DNA from: Podarcis cretensis
Lineage: Eukaryota
Reading direction: 5' to 3'
Length of the DNA stretch: 64,000 nucleotides
Assembly (NCBI GenBank): GCA_951804945.1
Contig: OX638157.1
Coordinates: forward strand, 30,256,001-30,320,000
In this document: piece after piece, positions 29,201 to 43,371 of the stretch
Numbering within the stretch: position 1 is the first letter of the stretch
Layout: every line of letters begins with the position of its first letter
Notes under the pieces: generated by a model
Database searches by the model: none
What the model was told of the DNA's origin: nothing
What the model saw: the letters and a program-made list of their open reading frames with translations, nothing else
Made by a program: the position numbers and the translations under genes

Positions 29201-32200
29201 AAGGAAACTTTGTATCTGTTGGGAAAGACTTCTCTAATAGGTGACCAGCTGAATGTTGGCAAGAAGCTAGCTATTAAGAGTTACATGAACTTTATTTTCC
29301 TTGGGAGCACTCAGTGTCAATTAGTCTCTGAATTGCCTTTCAAGACCCAGTGGACAGTGTTAAAGTGACATCCCTGTCTCATGTGCGCCCATACATACAA
29401 CCAGAAGCCCACTCTTTCAGATCTTGGCCCTAGAGAGATGGGCCATCATAGGGACATTGCTGCTTGTATTGGGAAAGGGGAGGGCACAAATTTTCTGACA
29501 TACAGCACTCAAGGATCTGCACAAATAGTTAAGATATGATGCTGATTTATGAAATTGAATTACTTCCCTATGTGGCCTGCTCCATTTGAAGAGTGTTGCG
29601 AGTCCTTTTTGTAATCTGACTATTTGAACAGCTTTTATATTCCATTGAACAACATTTGATGGCATTTTTGGTGTTTTGTACTGCAGCACTGCAACAGTGA
29701 GGGCCCTGAATGTCCCACAGCTTTCTTGGAAAGGTTGTGCTTTGAGATGAAAAAAGGATACAAGGAAACTATGTTACAGCTTGTGTTATCACCATTGAAT
29801 TTATTCTTGAATGACAATTATCAGGTAACATGGGTGAATCATTTTCTTGTTAGTTAGTTCAAGCTTTCATATTAGGTTCTCTATGACTACATACTTTCAA
29901 AGCTGCTTGAACAACTATTTGTTAATTTGACAATTTATTTAACAAACCTCTAAGCATTTTTTCCTAAGGGTCAGTCAGTTCTGCTATCCTTTCTTAAATG
30001 TGATGTAGCACTGCCTGCTCTTGCCACTGTGTTTACATTTTATGCCTTAAGATACATTAGTGGTGGCACTGAACTTACAAGTATTCTGTGATAATCAACA
30101 TTGCGGCAGCAGATGAGATGGAACTTCCCCTTTTCCTCCTTCTCTTTTCAGCTAACTAACTCTGTTCCCCGTCTATCTGGCCAGTTCTTCACCTTCTGAG
30201 CAAATTTCAGGGGCACACTGGGTGCTGTAGGAAGGTGGGGAAAAAAGGAAGTCCAGTTCTGCAAATGGAAGTCCATTGTGCATGAGGGATGACACTATTG
30301 GATGTCGCTCATTACAACCATGTTTCCCCCCCCCATAAAGATGTGTTGCTTCAGCAACCTTAACTCATATTAATTATTTTAAACTGTTTATTTCGTTCAC
30401 CATAGATAAACAAAATAAGTAAGAGTCATAAGCATCTTGATCTAATTTGTGCATTTTGACAAAATTATAGCTTGCATGCATCTGATGAACATATAAACAT
30501 TTGCTTTTCTATTTCCAAAGAAGAGCAACACTATTGCATAGTTGCAAAATATTAATCCATAGCCAGGTAATGCAGGCTTATTTTAGTGGGCTTTCTCCCC
30601 CACCTGACCAGTCTTTTATTCTTCACAGAGGCCCAGTGTGGATGAAGTTCTTCGTGAGGGTCATATGAGCCTTTCAGGTCTGCAGCTAAGGGCCCATGCT
30701 ATGTTTTCAGCAGAAGGTTTGCCCCTGGGAGCTGACTCTTTAGAATATGCGTGGTTGATTGATGTGCAAGCTGGGAGCCTGACATCCAAAGTTACAGTTC
30801 CGCAGGTATGCCACTTAGCATTGGATTTGAATGTGTGCACTGTTTTCTTGGCATGAACCAAACGCCTGATCCAAACACACTAAGCCATATGCAGCCCTTA
30901 TACCTCCTTTCTTCACATGGGCAGAGACGCAAGTCAGGAAGTCTCAGTTAATCATAACTTCCCATTCCATGCAATCTGGGAAACTCTGGTTAAACAAGCC
31001 AGACTATGAAGCCATTCTTTAAAGTTGGCTTATGAATCCTGGCTTGCTTGGAAACCATCAAAACTCATGGTTTGCATGTAATGGGAAGTGTTCGTTGAGT
31101 GCAGCTTTTTGGCTTGTTTTCCTTCTCTCATGAAAGGGTGGCATGTGAGTCCCTGAAACTTTTGTATATCCTGGCTTTATTAAACTAGGTTATGATTCTA
31201 CAAGTTAGATCACTAATTTTAGGCTTCCTTGCTCTTTTTCTGAAACACCAGATATTGAAGGGAATATTCACAAGATTGTTTCTATCTAAAATGAATTGAA
31301 ATTCCAAAATGATAACCAAGGGAGGAATTTTAGATAGAGAGAAAGAAGGAAAAGAAAGAAATAGAAGTAAATGGACTGTAAGTGTTGGTCCAGATTTTTA
31401 AACCTCAAAATGTTAGACTTCGCTCTTTGTTTATCCACAATTTAAGAAGATAAGCATCAGGAATTTCAAATAACTTCCACATGTACCTTTGTTTGGTTTG
31501 CTTTGATTTACTTGGCTTGGACCCACACAATATTTTTTTTTAAGCAAATCTCTTTAAATCTGACTGCATTAGTAAAACTTAATGAAGGTGGATAAAGCAC
31601 TATCAGCTTTTGTGTTCCTTTTTTCAGGAAACTACTGTAGATAACATTGAGGTTCTCATTTGTTCATGGCAGTTTAGGTTCTGATTGCATAGGAGAAAAC
31701 ACCTTGTAAAAAGATTGAAGAAAGAGGCTTGTGGAGAACTTGCATGTTGAATACATTCTTACTTTTTCTACATGACCGTTATCACCCCCCCCCCCTTTTT
31801 ATGAAGTAGTTAAATGTTGCACGAGAAACCATTATGTTTAGCACTTCAGTTTCTGTGGAATATATTTTCAGTGAGAACAGCACAATTGTTCACAATCATA
31901 CGCTTGCTAAAAAGATTTATCAACAAAGTGCTGCTTCATACTCTCTAGGGGTAAGAATCTTGTTATAACTGAATATATTATGTATATAGAATTAGAATGG
32001 AAAGTCCATAGGCCTCTTTTCCAGCTGAAATTACTTTTTTAAAATTAAAAGTCCAGTTATTTTGTATGTGTATTTTGGCAAATACTTGGACTAACATGTG
32101 AATCAATACGTTGGTTGTCATGCAACTTAAGCAGCTTTGAACAAGCAGCGTGTTTTTCAATGTTAATGTTCCATTTGTTGATCCTTTCCAGTTTTTCCTG

Positions 32201-35200
32201 TGTGCTGCTTTAGTGTGAATATGAAGAGTGGAAGTTATTGGTTGAAGGATTTAAACAAAGAAACAAACCTGGAGTCAAACAAATGCTATTTATAAAAAGA
32301 GGGTGCAATGGGACTTTCATACCTCCTCCTCCTCCTCGCTGCAGCCCCGGTCCCCACCCTACCTGTTGTGGATAATCCCTCAAATCTCTGGATCAGATAT
32401 TTGGGGAATGCAGGGGGGCTATAGGGGGGGGGAGTGGTAGGTGAAGCCACCTTTACACAAGCACAAGTCTGTTCTACAAGTGAGTTAAAACTCTATAGCA
32501 AATAGTTGGTAATAAATGTTGACTACACCTGGCAGCTTGCATTCAAACGCTACCTTTCATGTTGCCCTTTGCCTTTTTGCAGACCTAGGAAGTATGTCAT
32601 TACAACAATAATTATAAGGGCAAGATTTTGAGCTCATTTTGTAGAATCAGTTGCAAGGATCGGAAGCCATGACAGTTCAGTGTCTTGGGCCATTTTTCAA
32701 ATAGTTGTGAAAACCTTCAATTTTAACGACTGTTTCACTGTAGTCAACGTGTTCTTACCTCTTTGCAGCTTGCATGCCTGCTCGAATGGGGACAGACATT
32801 TGTGTTTCATGTGGCGTGCCGTGAGTTTGAACTGGAAAGGCCAAAATCTGTAATCATATGTCAGCATGGAATTGATCGCCGCTTCTGTGAAGCTAAGGTA
32901 AAGCCTAGCTATGATCTGATATTTTCTAGCTATAGTTTGGTAAGATAAATTGGTCATGTAAGAAATAGGTGAACATTTGGAGGTTAATGCCCTTCCAGCT
33001 TTATTAGTAGTTGCGGCGAAGCCCCTCCCCCACAACCATTGCTGCCACTTGCTCATGAAATGGATGAAATACTTTGCACACATTGGAATTCATAAACTAG
33101 ATTGATGCAAGCTTCTGAAATAAATAGATTCTTTAAATCCATGCCTCCGCTTTTTGTGGAAAACAGAAATGCAGTTGCAGCATTCAAAATGGCAATATGG
33201 AAGAGAGGGATTTCTTAAAAAGTTAAGATATTATGCAGAAAAGTCAGACATCCCCTCCCCAGGACACCATTTTTACTGTTTAGAAGGTGGAAATCCTCTT
33301 CGCATGTTCCACAGTTTGCAGAAGAATCACTGTTCTCATGCCTTTTAAATTATACCAAGGAGAATATGTAAATTATGTCCTTTTCTTTTTTTTCTTTTCT
33401 TTTATTCTTTTATTTTATTTGCATGATTGTGTTTTCTGTTCCAAATTTTCTTTAGATAAGTTGCATTTCAGGCCCTTGTCCAACATCAGATGCATTAAAG
33501 TACACTATGACACGACTTGCAGTAGATGGGGCAGATATATACATTGTAGAACATGGTTGTGCCACTAATATAAAGGTAGGTGTTCTTTTCGTATCTCATG
33601 ACCCTTCATTTTTGTAGTAATTCTTAAACATTATTTTACACTTTTCTTTAAAAGAATAAGCTGTTGTTATTACATCATGTGCTTGGGAAGGAGGTGCTTG
33701 AAGAGGGAGGGACATGGGTAATGCCATCCAAATTTCATTTATCATGGGTAGGGGGAGAGGCAGACTTTTTACTGCTACCCACTGATATTTTTTCTCTATT
33801 TAACTTTTAGATGGGTGCTGTACGCCTTGCCAATTGTAACCTCCACAATCAGTCTGTTGGTGAAGGTGTAAGTGCTGCCATTCAAGACGTCCAGCTACGA
33901 CAATACATTGAGCAAGTGAACAGTTGCCGAGTTGGCCTTCAGCCTGCAGTGCTGCGGAGAGCATATTGGCTGGAAGCAGGGTCAGTCAATTTGGGCCTTA
34001 TCACTGCTGATATTGCTTTAGCAGCAGATCACCATTCTAAGCATGAAGCACAGAGACATTTTTTGGAAACTCATGATAACAGAACTAAGAGGTAAGAGAA
34101 GCTACAGGTGAAAAAGTGTCTTTAAGTAGTCATATGGGTCTAAAAGTGAAAATGTGGTCATGCTTAATGGGCTATTGAATGATGCACAAGTGAAATGCTT
34201 ATATTTAGGACCTTGCATGAATGAATCTTAATAAGTACTTTGCTGATAACTAGAATAAATATACTAAGGCAGAATTTTGTCATTGTGATTTAATGGGTTC
34301 CATGTTTAGGAGGTGATATACTAAACCATGAGAGTTAGTGACAAGGATTTTTGGGCAGTGGGGTTAGTTTAATTTTATGCTGCAACCCCCATGCCATAGC
34401 CTAAGTCTTTAGAGCAGCAGTTCTCAACCTGTGGGTCCCCAGATGTTGTTGGACTACAACTCCCATCACCCTTAGCTAGCAAGGCCAGAGCTCAGGGATG
34501 ATGGGAGTTGTAGTCCAACAACATATGGGGACCCACAGGTTGAGAACCGCTTCTTTGGAGGCACGCTCCCGTTATTTTTAGTGACAGTTGGCTTCCTTAA
34601 GCACCTGCCTGCTTTTAAAAAACATCCAACCCAGCCTTCTTAATCTGTGCAGATTAATTTGCTTGTTTGGCTAAATGGGTAAAATAATTAGCCTCAATTT
34701 CTGTGGAAGTTTGGGGGCTAGTAATACTTGGAATGAGATTATTCCATTGAATTAAAATATGCCTCTTTTTAAAATGTTACCTTTTCTTTTGTAGGTTATG
34801 GTTTTTATGGCCAGATGATAATACAAAGAATAAGAGAAGTAAGAACAAGTGTGGCTGTCTTGGAGGTTGTAGGTTTTTCGGTGGCACAGTTTCAGGATTA
34901 GACTTCTTCAAGCTTGAAGAGCTGACACCATCAAGTAGCTCTGCTTTTTCAAGTACAAGTGCCGAATCAGATATGTTTTATGGACAATCTTTGCTACAGC
35001 CTGGAGAATGGATTATTACCAAAGAGCTTCCCAAAATTATGGATGGTAATTAGTGTGTGTCTGTACAAATGCATATATTTGACATAATATTAATATATTT
35101 TGGATATTATTTAACATCATAGTAAATAATTTCCCATTTAACACTAGCTAGCTAGTGGCATAAATAAAATAGCCATTATTTAGGGGAAAGTGACATAAAG

Positions 35201-38200
35201 AGCTGTCACTGAAATACTGTTGTTGTTGTTATGATTATTGCTACATACATAATTCAATTGGTATGCCTAGTTTATAATATTGGTGATGGATAATATGTTG
35301 TACTGTAAAAAGATATTCCAAATTGGTAACTGGGTTGATTCATGGATAGCTTGTTACAATTTCTACAAAAAATTACAAATAAAACATATACGTACTTACT
35401 CCTCAATTTGGAAATCCTTTTTACAAGAACAAAGGGGAAGTGCTAATACCTTTATTATTGACTGTTTTGTATATAATATTTTCTTGCTTTGTTCTTAGGC
35501 AAGGCAAATGGCATTAAAAGGAAAGATTGGGAATGCCGAACTGTGGGAATAGAAGAAAGAAAATCTCAGCACCTGAATTTACAAGTACCGCTACGATCTC
35601 ATAGTTCTTCCTCCTCTTCAGAAGAGAATAGCAGTTCTAGTGCTGCACTCCCCTTGCTTGCAGGTGATAGAGAAAGCCCTTCTTCCACTGTTGAAGACCA
35701 CTTGGGGCAAAAGGAGTTCTTGGCAGGTGCAAAAAGAGAAGATGCCCATGGAAGGTGAATATGCTGCTTCTCAATGTTCATTTACTACACAACAAAAGCT
35801 TTGGCTATAGGACGTAAAAACATCTGTGGCAATGCTGGCGACGGATAGTACCCAACTAACTTGTTCCAGCAGTGCAAAGATTTCCGCGAGGGCAGCATTC
35901 ATCCCCCCTATGAGTGCCCCCTATATCTATACTGCATTTCCCTCCAACACTCCAGAGCGGATTTGGGGAGGGCACAAGGAGAGGAGGGGGTAAAGTTATT
36001 TGGCGCAGGTTGGAATCATAGTGCTGACAAAATGGCTGATTTTGATGCTATCCATCAAGTCTAGACTTGTTGCTTCCTTGCTATGTAGAGCACTGGAGGA
36101 GTGAGGGGCAGGAGAGAGGAACCATTAGCTTATACAGTGTATGGATTATATATAGTGGCTACTGTCCAGTCCATTATATACTGTATACTGAAGATACATT
36201 GAAAAGAAATTGGGACTTTAGCAGGTGCCATAGTTTGTGGAATTGTGAGCTTTGTTTAATCATTTATTGCAATTTTCATGAATCCTGTGATTATTGATTA
36301 TAATGCAAATTTATTTATTCAAATCATTCATATTCCACTGCTCAACTGGAAAGTTTCTTCTTATTATAGAGAACATATGTATCATTATTGAGAAGAATGT
36401 TTTCTCCCCCTTCTAGTTCTGCAGCAGAAGGTTCGGAAAGTAGTCCTGTATCTCCTAACCTCCAAGAGAGACCTGTTGGACAATCTCCTCTTAGATCTCC
36501 TTTGAAACGGCAAGCATCAGTATGTTCTACTCGACTTGGAAGTACCAAAAGTCTTACTGCAGCCTTCTATGGAGATAAACAACCTGTTCCAGCTGGTGTG
36601 CAGTTCAGCAGTGATGTCTCCCGCAGTGATGAAAATGTCTTAGACTCTCCAAAGCAAAGGAGAAGCTTTGGTTCATTCCCATATACCCCTTCTGCAGACT
36701 CAAATTCATTTCATCAGTATCGCTCCATGGACTCCAGCATGTCAATGGCTGATAGCGAAGCCTACTTTTCAGCAGCTGAGGACTTTGAACCCATAAGCAG
36801 CGACGAGGGTCCAGGAACATATCCTGGAAGAAAAAAGAAGAGAAAGCAAGCCAAACAAATTGATTATGGGAGAGGTTCAATCTATCACAGTGTAGAAGGA
36901 CCCTTGACTACTACATTGCATGGAGAAACTAGTCACGATCCAAAGGTCATACCAATAAAAACTCATCCCTCCCAAGCGTCATTTGTTTCTGCTTTGGGAG
37001 TAGAAGATGAACTTGTAGAGCATTTATATGTCATAGAAGCTGAGAAGGCTCCAGAGAATGAGCAAATTACTTCCCAGCAGCCTGTAATGAACTGCTACCA
37101 AAGTTACCTTACCCAGTACCAAGTGGTTAACTGGTCAGTCAAACATCCGACAAACAAAAGAACCTCAAAATCATCCTTACATCGCCCTTTAGATCTTGAC
37201 ACTCCGACTAGTGAGGAAAGTTCCTCATCTTTTGAACAGCTTTCTGTCCCAATCTTTAAGGTAAAAAAATAGCACAGTGAATTTGAAATCAATTTAAAGG
37301 AAAGCAAGCACTTGATTGGGTTGTAAAAAATGCATGGGGAGTGCATAGTGTTAGTGAATTTTTGTTATGGTGAACTTTGAAATGATGTGCTAAAGTTATC
37401 TAAAATAATTATCATGGATAAGTGTGTTGGAAGTAAAGTTGTAACTTGGGAAATGGGAATGAGTTAGGGTTAGATACATAATCACATAGGAGTCTGTTAA
37501 ATGGTTAGCATATATGCTTTACCAAAAAACAATTCACGCCAGTTCTTCACAGCCATACATACAATTTGTTTGAATTGTGAATCAGTAAACAAGAGCTGAA
37601 ATATTCTGTTGTAAATCTCTTCAAAGTGTTCATAAGACTGATTTTCATGAAGAAGTGCTCTGATTGGGTTTCTATTTCAAGGTTCAGTCAGGGCGTTTTA
37701 TATCTATTAAATATGTGGTTTTGTGTAACATCTTTACAAAGTATCGATCCATTGAACGCTTAGGACTTATGCATCTTGTTAGAATCATAGAATTGTATAG
37801 TTGGAAGTTACCCCAAGCATCATCTAGTTCAGACCCCTGTAATGCAGGAATCCTGCCCACAGCCGTACCTTGGTGGGCTCGAACCAACCAACCTCCTGGT
37901 TAACAGCCAGACACACTGACCCCTTGTGTTGCTTTCAAGCAATGTTTTTAAAAGTATAACGTGGAATTATGTGGTGCTCTTGTTTTTTAAACAAATCTAT
38001 CATCAGTGCAGATTTCAGCTGTAAAATCAACTGTAAAGTCAGATGTAGACATGTAGCAGTGTTCATAGTGAAAGAGGAAATACAAATAGGATATTGCATG
38101 TTAAACTCCTATATAGGTTGTAAGGTTAAAACCCCTAGAACAGAAGTAATAAGAAATTTTCTCTTCTAGATTGTTAAGCAGGGTCTCACAGCAAATGCTC

Positions 38201-41200
38201 TCCTGGATCGAGGTATGCAGTTTACAGGATCAACATCTAAGTGAGTAACAAATTGCAATATGTTTGTTATATTGTAAAAGTCAATTCCCCTTCCTGTTTG
38301 CTTGAAAGACTGTGGCAGCTGCTTCTGTTGGATGCAGTCCTACACTGCAAAAGGGTATATGTAAAAACCATGACCATGTCAACAGGGCTAAATCATTCCC
38401 ACCCAGTTGCCACCCTCCATCTGAGTGAGATGCTAATTGTGTCACATTCCCATGCACACCATGGATTTGCACACCACCCAAGCAGCTTCCATGCTGCTTG
38501 AAGCATATAAGAAGGAAATCTTAAAAATAGGCTGATACAGTGGTACCTCGGGTTACATATGCTCGGGTTACATACGCTTCAGGTTACATACGCTTCAGGT
38601 TACAGACTCTGCTAACCCAGAAATAGTACCTCGGGTTAAGAACTTTGCTTCAGGATGAGAACAGAAATCATGCTCTGGTGGCGCGGCGGCAGCCGGGAGG
38701 CCCCATTAGCTAAAGTGGTGCTTCAGGTTAAGGACAGTTTCAGGATAAGAACGGACCTCCAGAACGAATTAAGTTCTTAACCTGAGGTACCACTGTATAA
38801 TTATTTTTCTTTTTCTTTGAGTCTTCCCCAGTTTGAACAATTTCCCCATTTTGCAGTAACGACTTTACTGATCTATAAGACCAAGGCATCATTAAACATG
38901 CTTCTGCTTTCCAGAATCTCACAAAGTATGGTGCTGAATCAGAGATAGATGTCTTTCCTGTTCCTTTCCAATGATCCCTGTGTTAAAATTCTGCTTGCTT
39001 TGAAACATCCTTGCAATTTGATGCTGTTAGACTAAAGAGCAAAGTGTACCTCCCCATTGGCTATCTGCTCTAAGCACAAATGGCTTTTCAGGGGATTATG
39101 GAAATGATTGTGAAACATTCTACCATCTGACAGATAAAAAGCATGCACAGGCTTGATAAGTGGTGCCAGACTGTGTAAATGTGTGAGTCTTATGTGTCAT
39201 TTTCCTTACGTTTGTTTCCGATTAAAAAATTCTCATTCAGGGTAGCTTGTTTATGATGATGAATCAAGGCATGCTGCTTTCAAAACAAATTTCAGTCATT
39301 GGAGCTGTTGATAATCTCATGCATACTAGTCACTTGCAGTTTGCTTTCCATAATGCATGCAGTCATGTACAGCTCAGCATGTAGAAGCTGTTTAATGCTG
39401 ACATTGTTGAGATTGTACTTGGATTTCTTTGAAGCATAAAGCTTGCAAGCTCTCTTTAGATAACCCACATTTCTTCCCTAGCATCTTTTCCCCTTTGAAT
39501 GTCTGTGTAATGCTTTGTAGTACATTTCATTAGACATATTGGGCTGAGTCTTCTAGGAAATATTGAAGGAGACAAAAGAAGTATATGTGCCCTGTGGGTA
39601 CTAGTAATCTCTGATTTACATTGTCACTGAAGGCACTTGCTAATTGGCTAAAGCAATTATGCCTTTAATGTCCTGAACTGACAGCATAAACTACATCCTT
39701 ATTTACGAATCACTGAATTATGAACCAAAAATATGTTTTTGAGGTTAGGTTAAGCTAGTCATTTGAGAAAACACCCAACAAATAAATGTGCCAATGCTGC
39801 AGTCTTACTGGGATTCTTATCTTTGTGATTGAATTGGCCTTCTGTGAACACCTGCCATTCTTCAAATTAGACAGCTTATTAAACTCTCTCACCTTGTGCT
39901 CTTAGCACTGCAAGATAGTTGTATCTTGAAAAGAGGGTTAGCCAAATGAATGCTTCTAATAAATTCTGCTGTGTCAAGTAACAATAGAAAGCAGCTGCAT
40001 ATTTTCTTTAAAAACTAATAATTTGTACTTTTGTTTGTTTAGTAACCCATATACTCCCTTGGATAAGAAAATCCTTGATAATACAGATGATGAAACAATA
40101 ACGGAGGAATGGACGCTCGATCACCCAGTTTCCCAGACACGAACAACCGCTATTGTGGAAATAAAAGGAACTGTGGATGTAGTTCTCACTCCTCTTGTAG
40201 CAGAAGCTTTAGACAGGTATTTCACATTTTGGGGAGAAGAATGAACCTAACAGTCTGAACTTATAACAAACAGCTGATGGGATCACATACATGGGCTTGT
40301 TGCAGCAGCACAAGTCATGGTGTTGTTTTGGTGCTTCAAATGGTCAAGGATAACCAGCCTCAATGTTGACATGGTAAAGTATTGCTGCATGTCAGCCCAA
40401 TCTCTGAGTGGTGTGAGGTTCCAGGTGCTTACCCAGGGTTCATGTTTCCTTTTGGAAATGAGGCACAGTGGCAACTGGTGTTTTTAGGATATATAATTTA
40501 TTTATACATATATACAACCTGAGCCTATAATAGAGCAGTTCACAGCATCAACATCCCAAAAGGGTCTTGTTTCTCCAATAGCCACAGCCTTGGATTCAAA
40601 TAGTTTGCTGCTTTACTCTACAGCTCCAAACTCTGGGTTCAACTTCTAACTAACTATGAGCTGGGGGAGCGGTCACCTATTTGCCATCTCACATTTGCCA
40701 TCTCACACAAAGCCTTTCTCCTTTGTTTCCCTTAATGGCCCATCACCCAGCCTTATCACAGGAAGCTAGCCTGACATATTTTAAGAAATGAGTTGCAGCC
40801 AAATAAGGATCACTTCAATGTCCTTTCTTATCTGTCTCACTGGAACTAGAGATATCTCTCCCTCTTGCATTGTTGAAATACTGTGGTTGCAAAACACCAG
40901 TATTAATTAGAAGAAGAGTTTGGATTTGATATCCCACTTTATCACTACCCGAAGGAGTCTCAAAGCGGCTAACCTTCTCCTTTCCCTTCCTCCCCCACAA
41001 CAAACACTCTGTGAGGTGAGTGGGGCTGAGAGACTTCAAAGAAGTGTGACTAGCCCAAGGTCACCCAGCAGCTGCATGTGGAGGAGCGGGGAATCGAACC
41101 TGGTTCACCAGATTACGAGTCTACCGCTCTTAACCACTACACCACACTGGCTGTCACCTCTGCTTGCTCTGCTCACCAACCCTTCCTACCCCTTTGCCCT

Positions 41201-43328
41201 TCTCCCACACCTTACCAATCTCCTCCCTTTATACCTTATCCACCCCCTTGCCTATCTCTCTCCAGCTTTACCCAAGGCCCTCCCCTATTGCCCCACACCC
41301 TTTTTAAGGTATAGGGAAGCACTTTGCACAATAGTTTGCTAAACTGCTGAGTAAAGGGCCTCTCTCTTTTAAACAGCTTGCTTGGGCCTACCTGCCATTC
41401 CTCATGTTGATATGACTGCCTGTTGGCAAGCGAAGTGAACTGCAGCATGTGACAACACATTACGTTTCTAAGAATATAGGAAGATAATTTGTAGTACATG
41501 CCAAGGCCAACTGGCTAGGCAGTCCCAACAAACTATTAAGTGTTCATGTTGTGCCACACTCCAGTGATGCAACACACTGACTTGTTCTGGTCCTGACAGA
41601 GACCCTACCCCATTATCCCATGTTCTGCCAGACCATAAAAGGTTGGGAGAAGCATAGGGCTGCCAAAGGTGAAACTTAGTTAAGCAAAGGGACCCACAAA
41701 AGCAGGTCACTACTGTCTCTTTGCAGGGATTGAGTGGAGAGCTTCCCATGTATTGAGGAAACACAAGACTCCTGCTTGGTGTTTGTAGGAGAACCTAATA
41801 TTTGTGGAAATTTGATCAGTTGCCAGAACCAAATGTCTAGGTTCAGAACTGGCAAATGGTTTTAGAGAAAAGGTTTAGACTCAACTTGCTTCAGTATCTC
41901 CCCTTCCCATTGTCCCCACCTCACACCCATATTTTTCTAAAAAGGTAAGCTAATAAATGTTTGTAACCTATGCATGGTTCGTGTCTTAATTTTATTTCTT
42001 ATGAGATTGTTTTGAACTAAATTTCCTACAGGTATATCGAGGCAATGGTTCACTGCGCTTGCACATGTCACCCTGCAGCCATTGTGGATGATTTACATTG
42101 TAAGGTCCTCAGAGAAGCTGTACAGAACAGAAAAACAACCTTCTCAGAAAATGTATGTTTATTATGTCATAGTATCTTTACTAAATGCATAAGGTTTATT
42201 CACAGAAGGTGGGGTTGGAAAGGAAATAGCCATGGTGATGTTTGCTTCTGTCTCTCTTTTGTAAGTAGTTGCTTAAGAACAGGGAGAGACATCACAGCTT
42301 TTGATTAAGTTACTTTGCTTTAGTTCCTTACCTAAAAGATCTTTCTGAACTCTCTGAATTATGTGCCATTTTTACTTCTGCTAGCTTAAATGGCTAAATG
42401 GAGCACTAACTGGCATCACTTTCTCCCCAGCTGTCCTCCAAGCAGGATATCAGAGGAACAAAAATAGAAACCCCTGCTGCGGGAACAACACAAGTAAAAA
42501 CACAGACAAATCTTTCTCTCAAGCAAGATAATGTGACCATTAAAGGTCTTCAAGCCAATGTTTCACTGCCCAAGGTAATAAGCAATATGACCAAGTAAAC
42601 TTGCAAGATGGGTTATTTTATGCATTAGCTTAATGTTATATCTTATTGTGCCAGCAGCATGGCACCAAGGCATAAAATGGAGAGCTGCTGGGGACAAGAC
42701 ACTCCATTTTTCTCGATCCCACTTCAGACAAGATAGTTTGGCTGTTCAGTTAACATTGTTATTTTAGCAGCATTTGGGTGAAGTGATATTCAGGTTGTTG
42801 ATTTTTTTTGATTCAGTGGGATGAAAAGTAAGCCTTGTTTTATATCCCTTAAAGAACATGGCAAAGGTTTTCATTATTCTTTCAAATCGCTTTTTGTAGG
42901 TAAACTTGTGTTTACTGCAAGCGTCAGTGGAAGAATCGTCAGGCACAGCTGCAAGCAAAAATGTTACCCATGTTTCTTTAGTGGCTTTGTGTTTTGATAG
43001 GATTGCTACACAGGTTCGTATGAACAGGTAAGGGAGTACCCTTTGATAATTCATAGTGTCTGTTTGTAGTCACATAGCAGAGCTTAATAAAGTTCCCGTC
43101 AAGCAATTTCTTGATAGCAACTTCTTCCTAAATTAGAAAGTAAGTCTCAAACTGAGATGAAAAAAGAAAGGAATGGGTTCAAATTATTCCAGATTTTCTC
43201 AAAACGAGTGCAGTGTAGATTTCTGGGCGAAACGTTATGATATGTTAAAAATGGTTTAACCATCTTGTCCTATGTATAAGCATTTCATATTAGATGATAT
43301 AGGGCAGACTTGTGATGTATATCTTGCA

Positions 43329-43371
<43 letters not shown>

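Noticed and set aside
37860-37930. Functional tRNA-Asn gene
   Set aside because: Acceptor and D arms degraded, and fused to a CR1 tail, so it is a SINE
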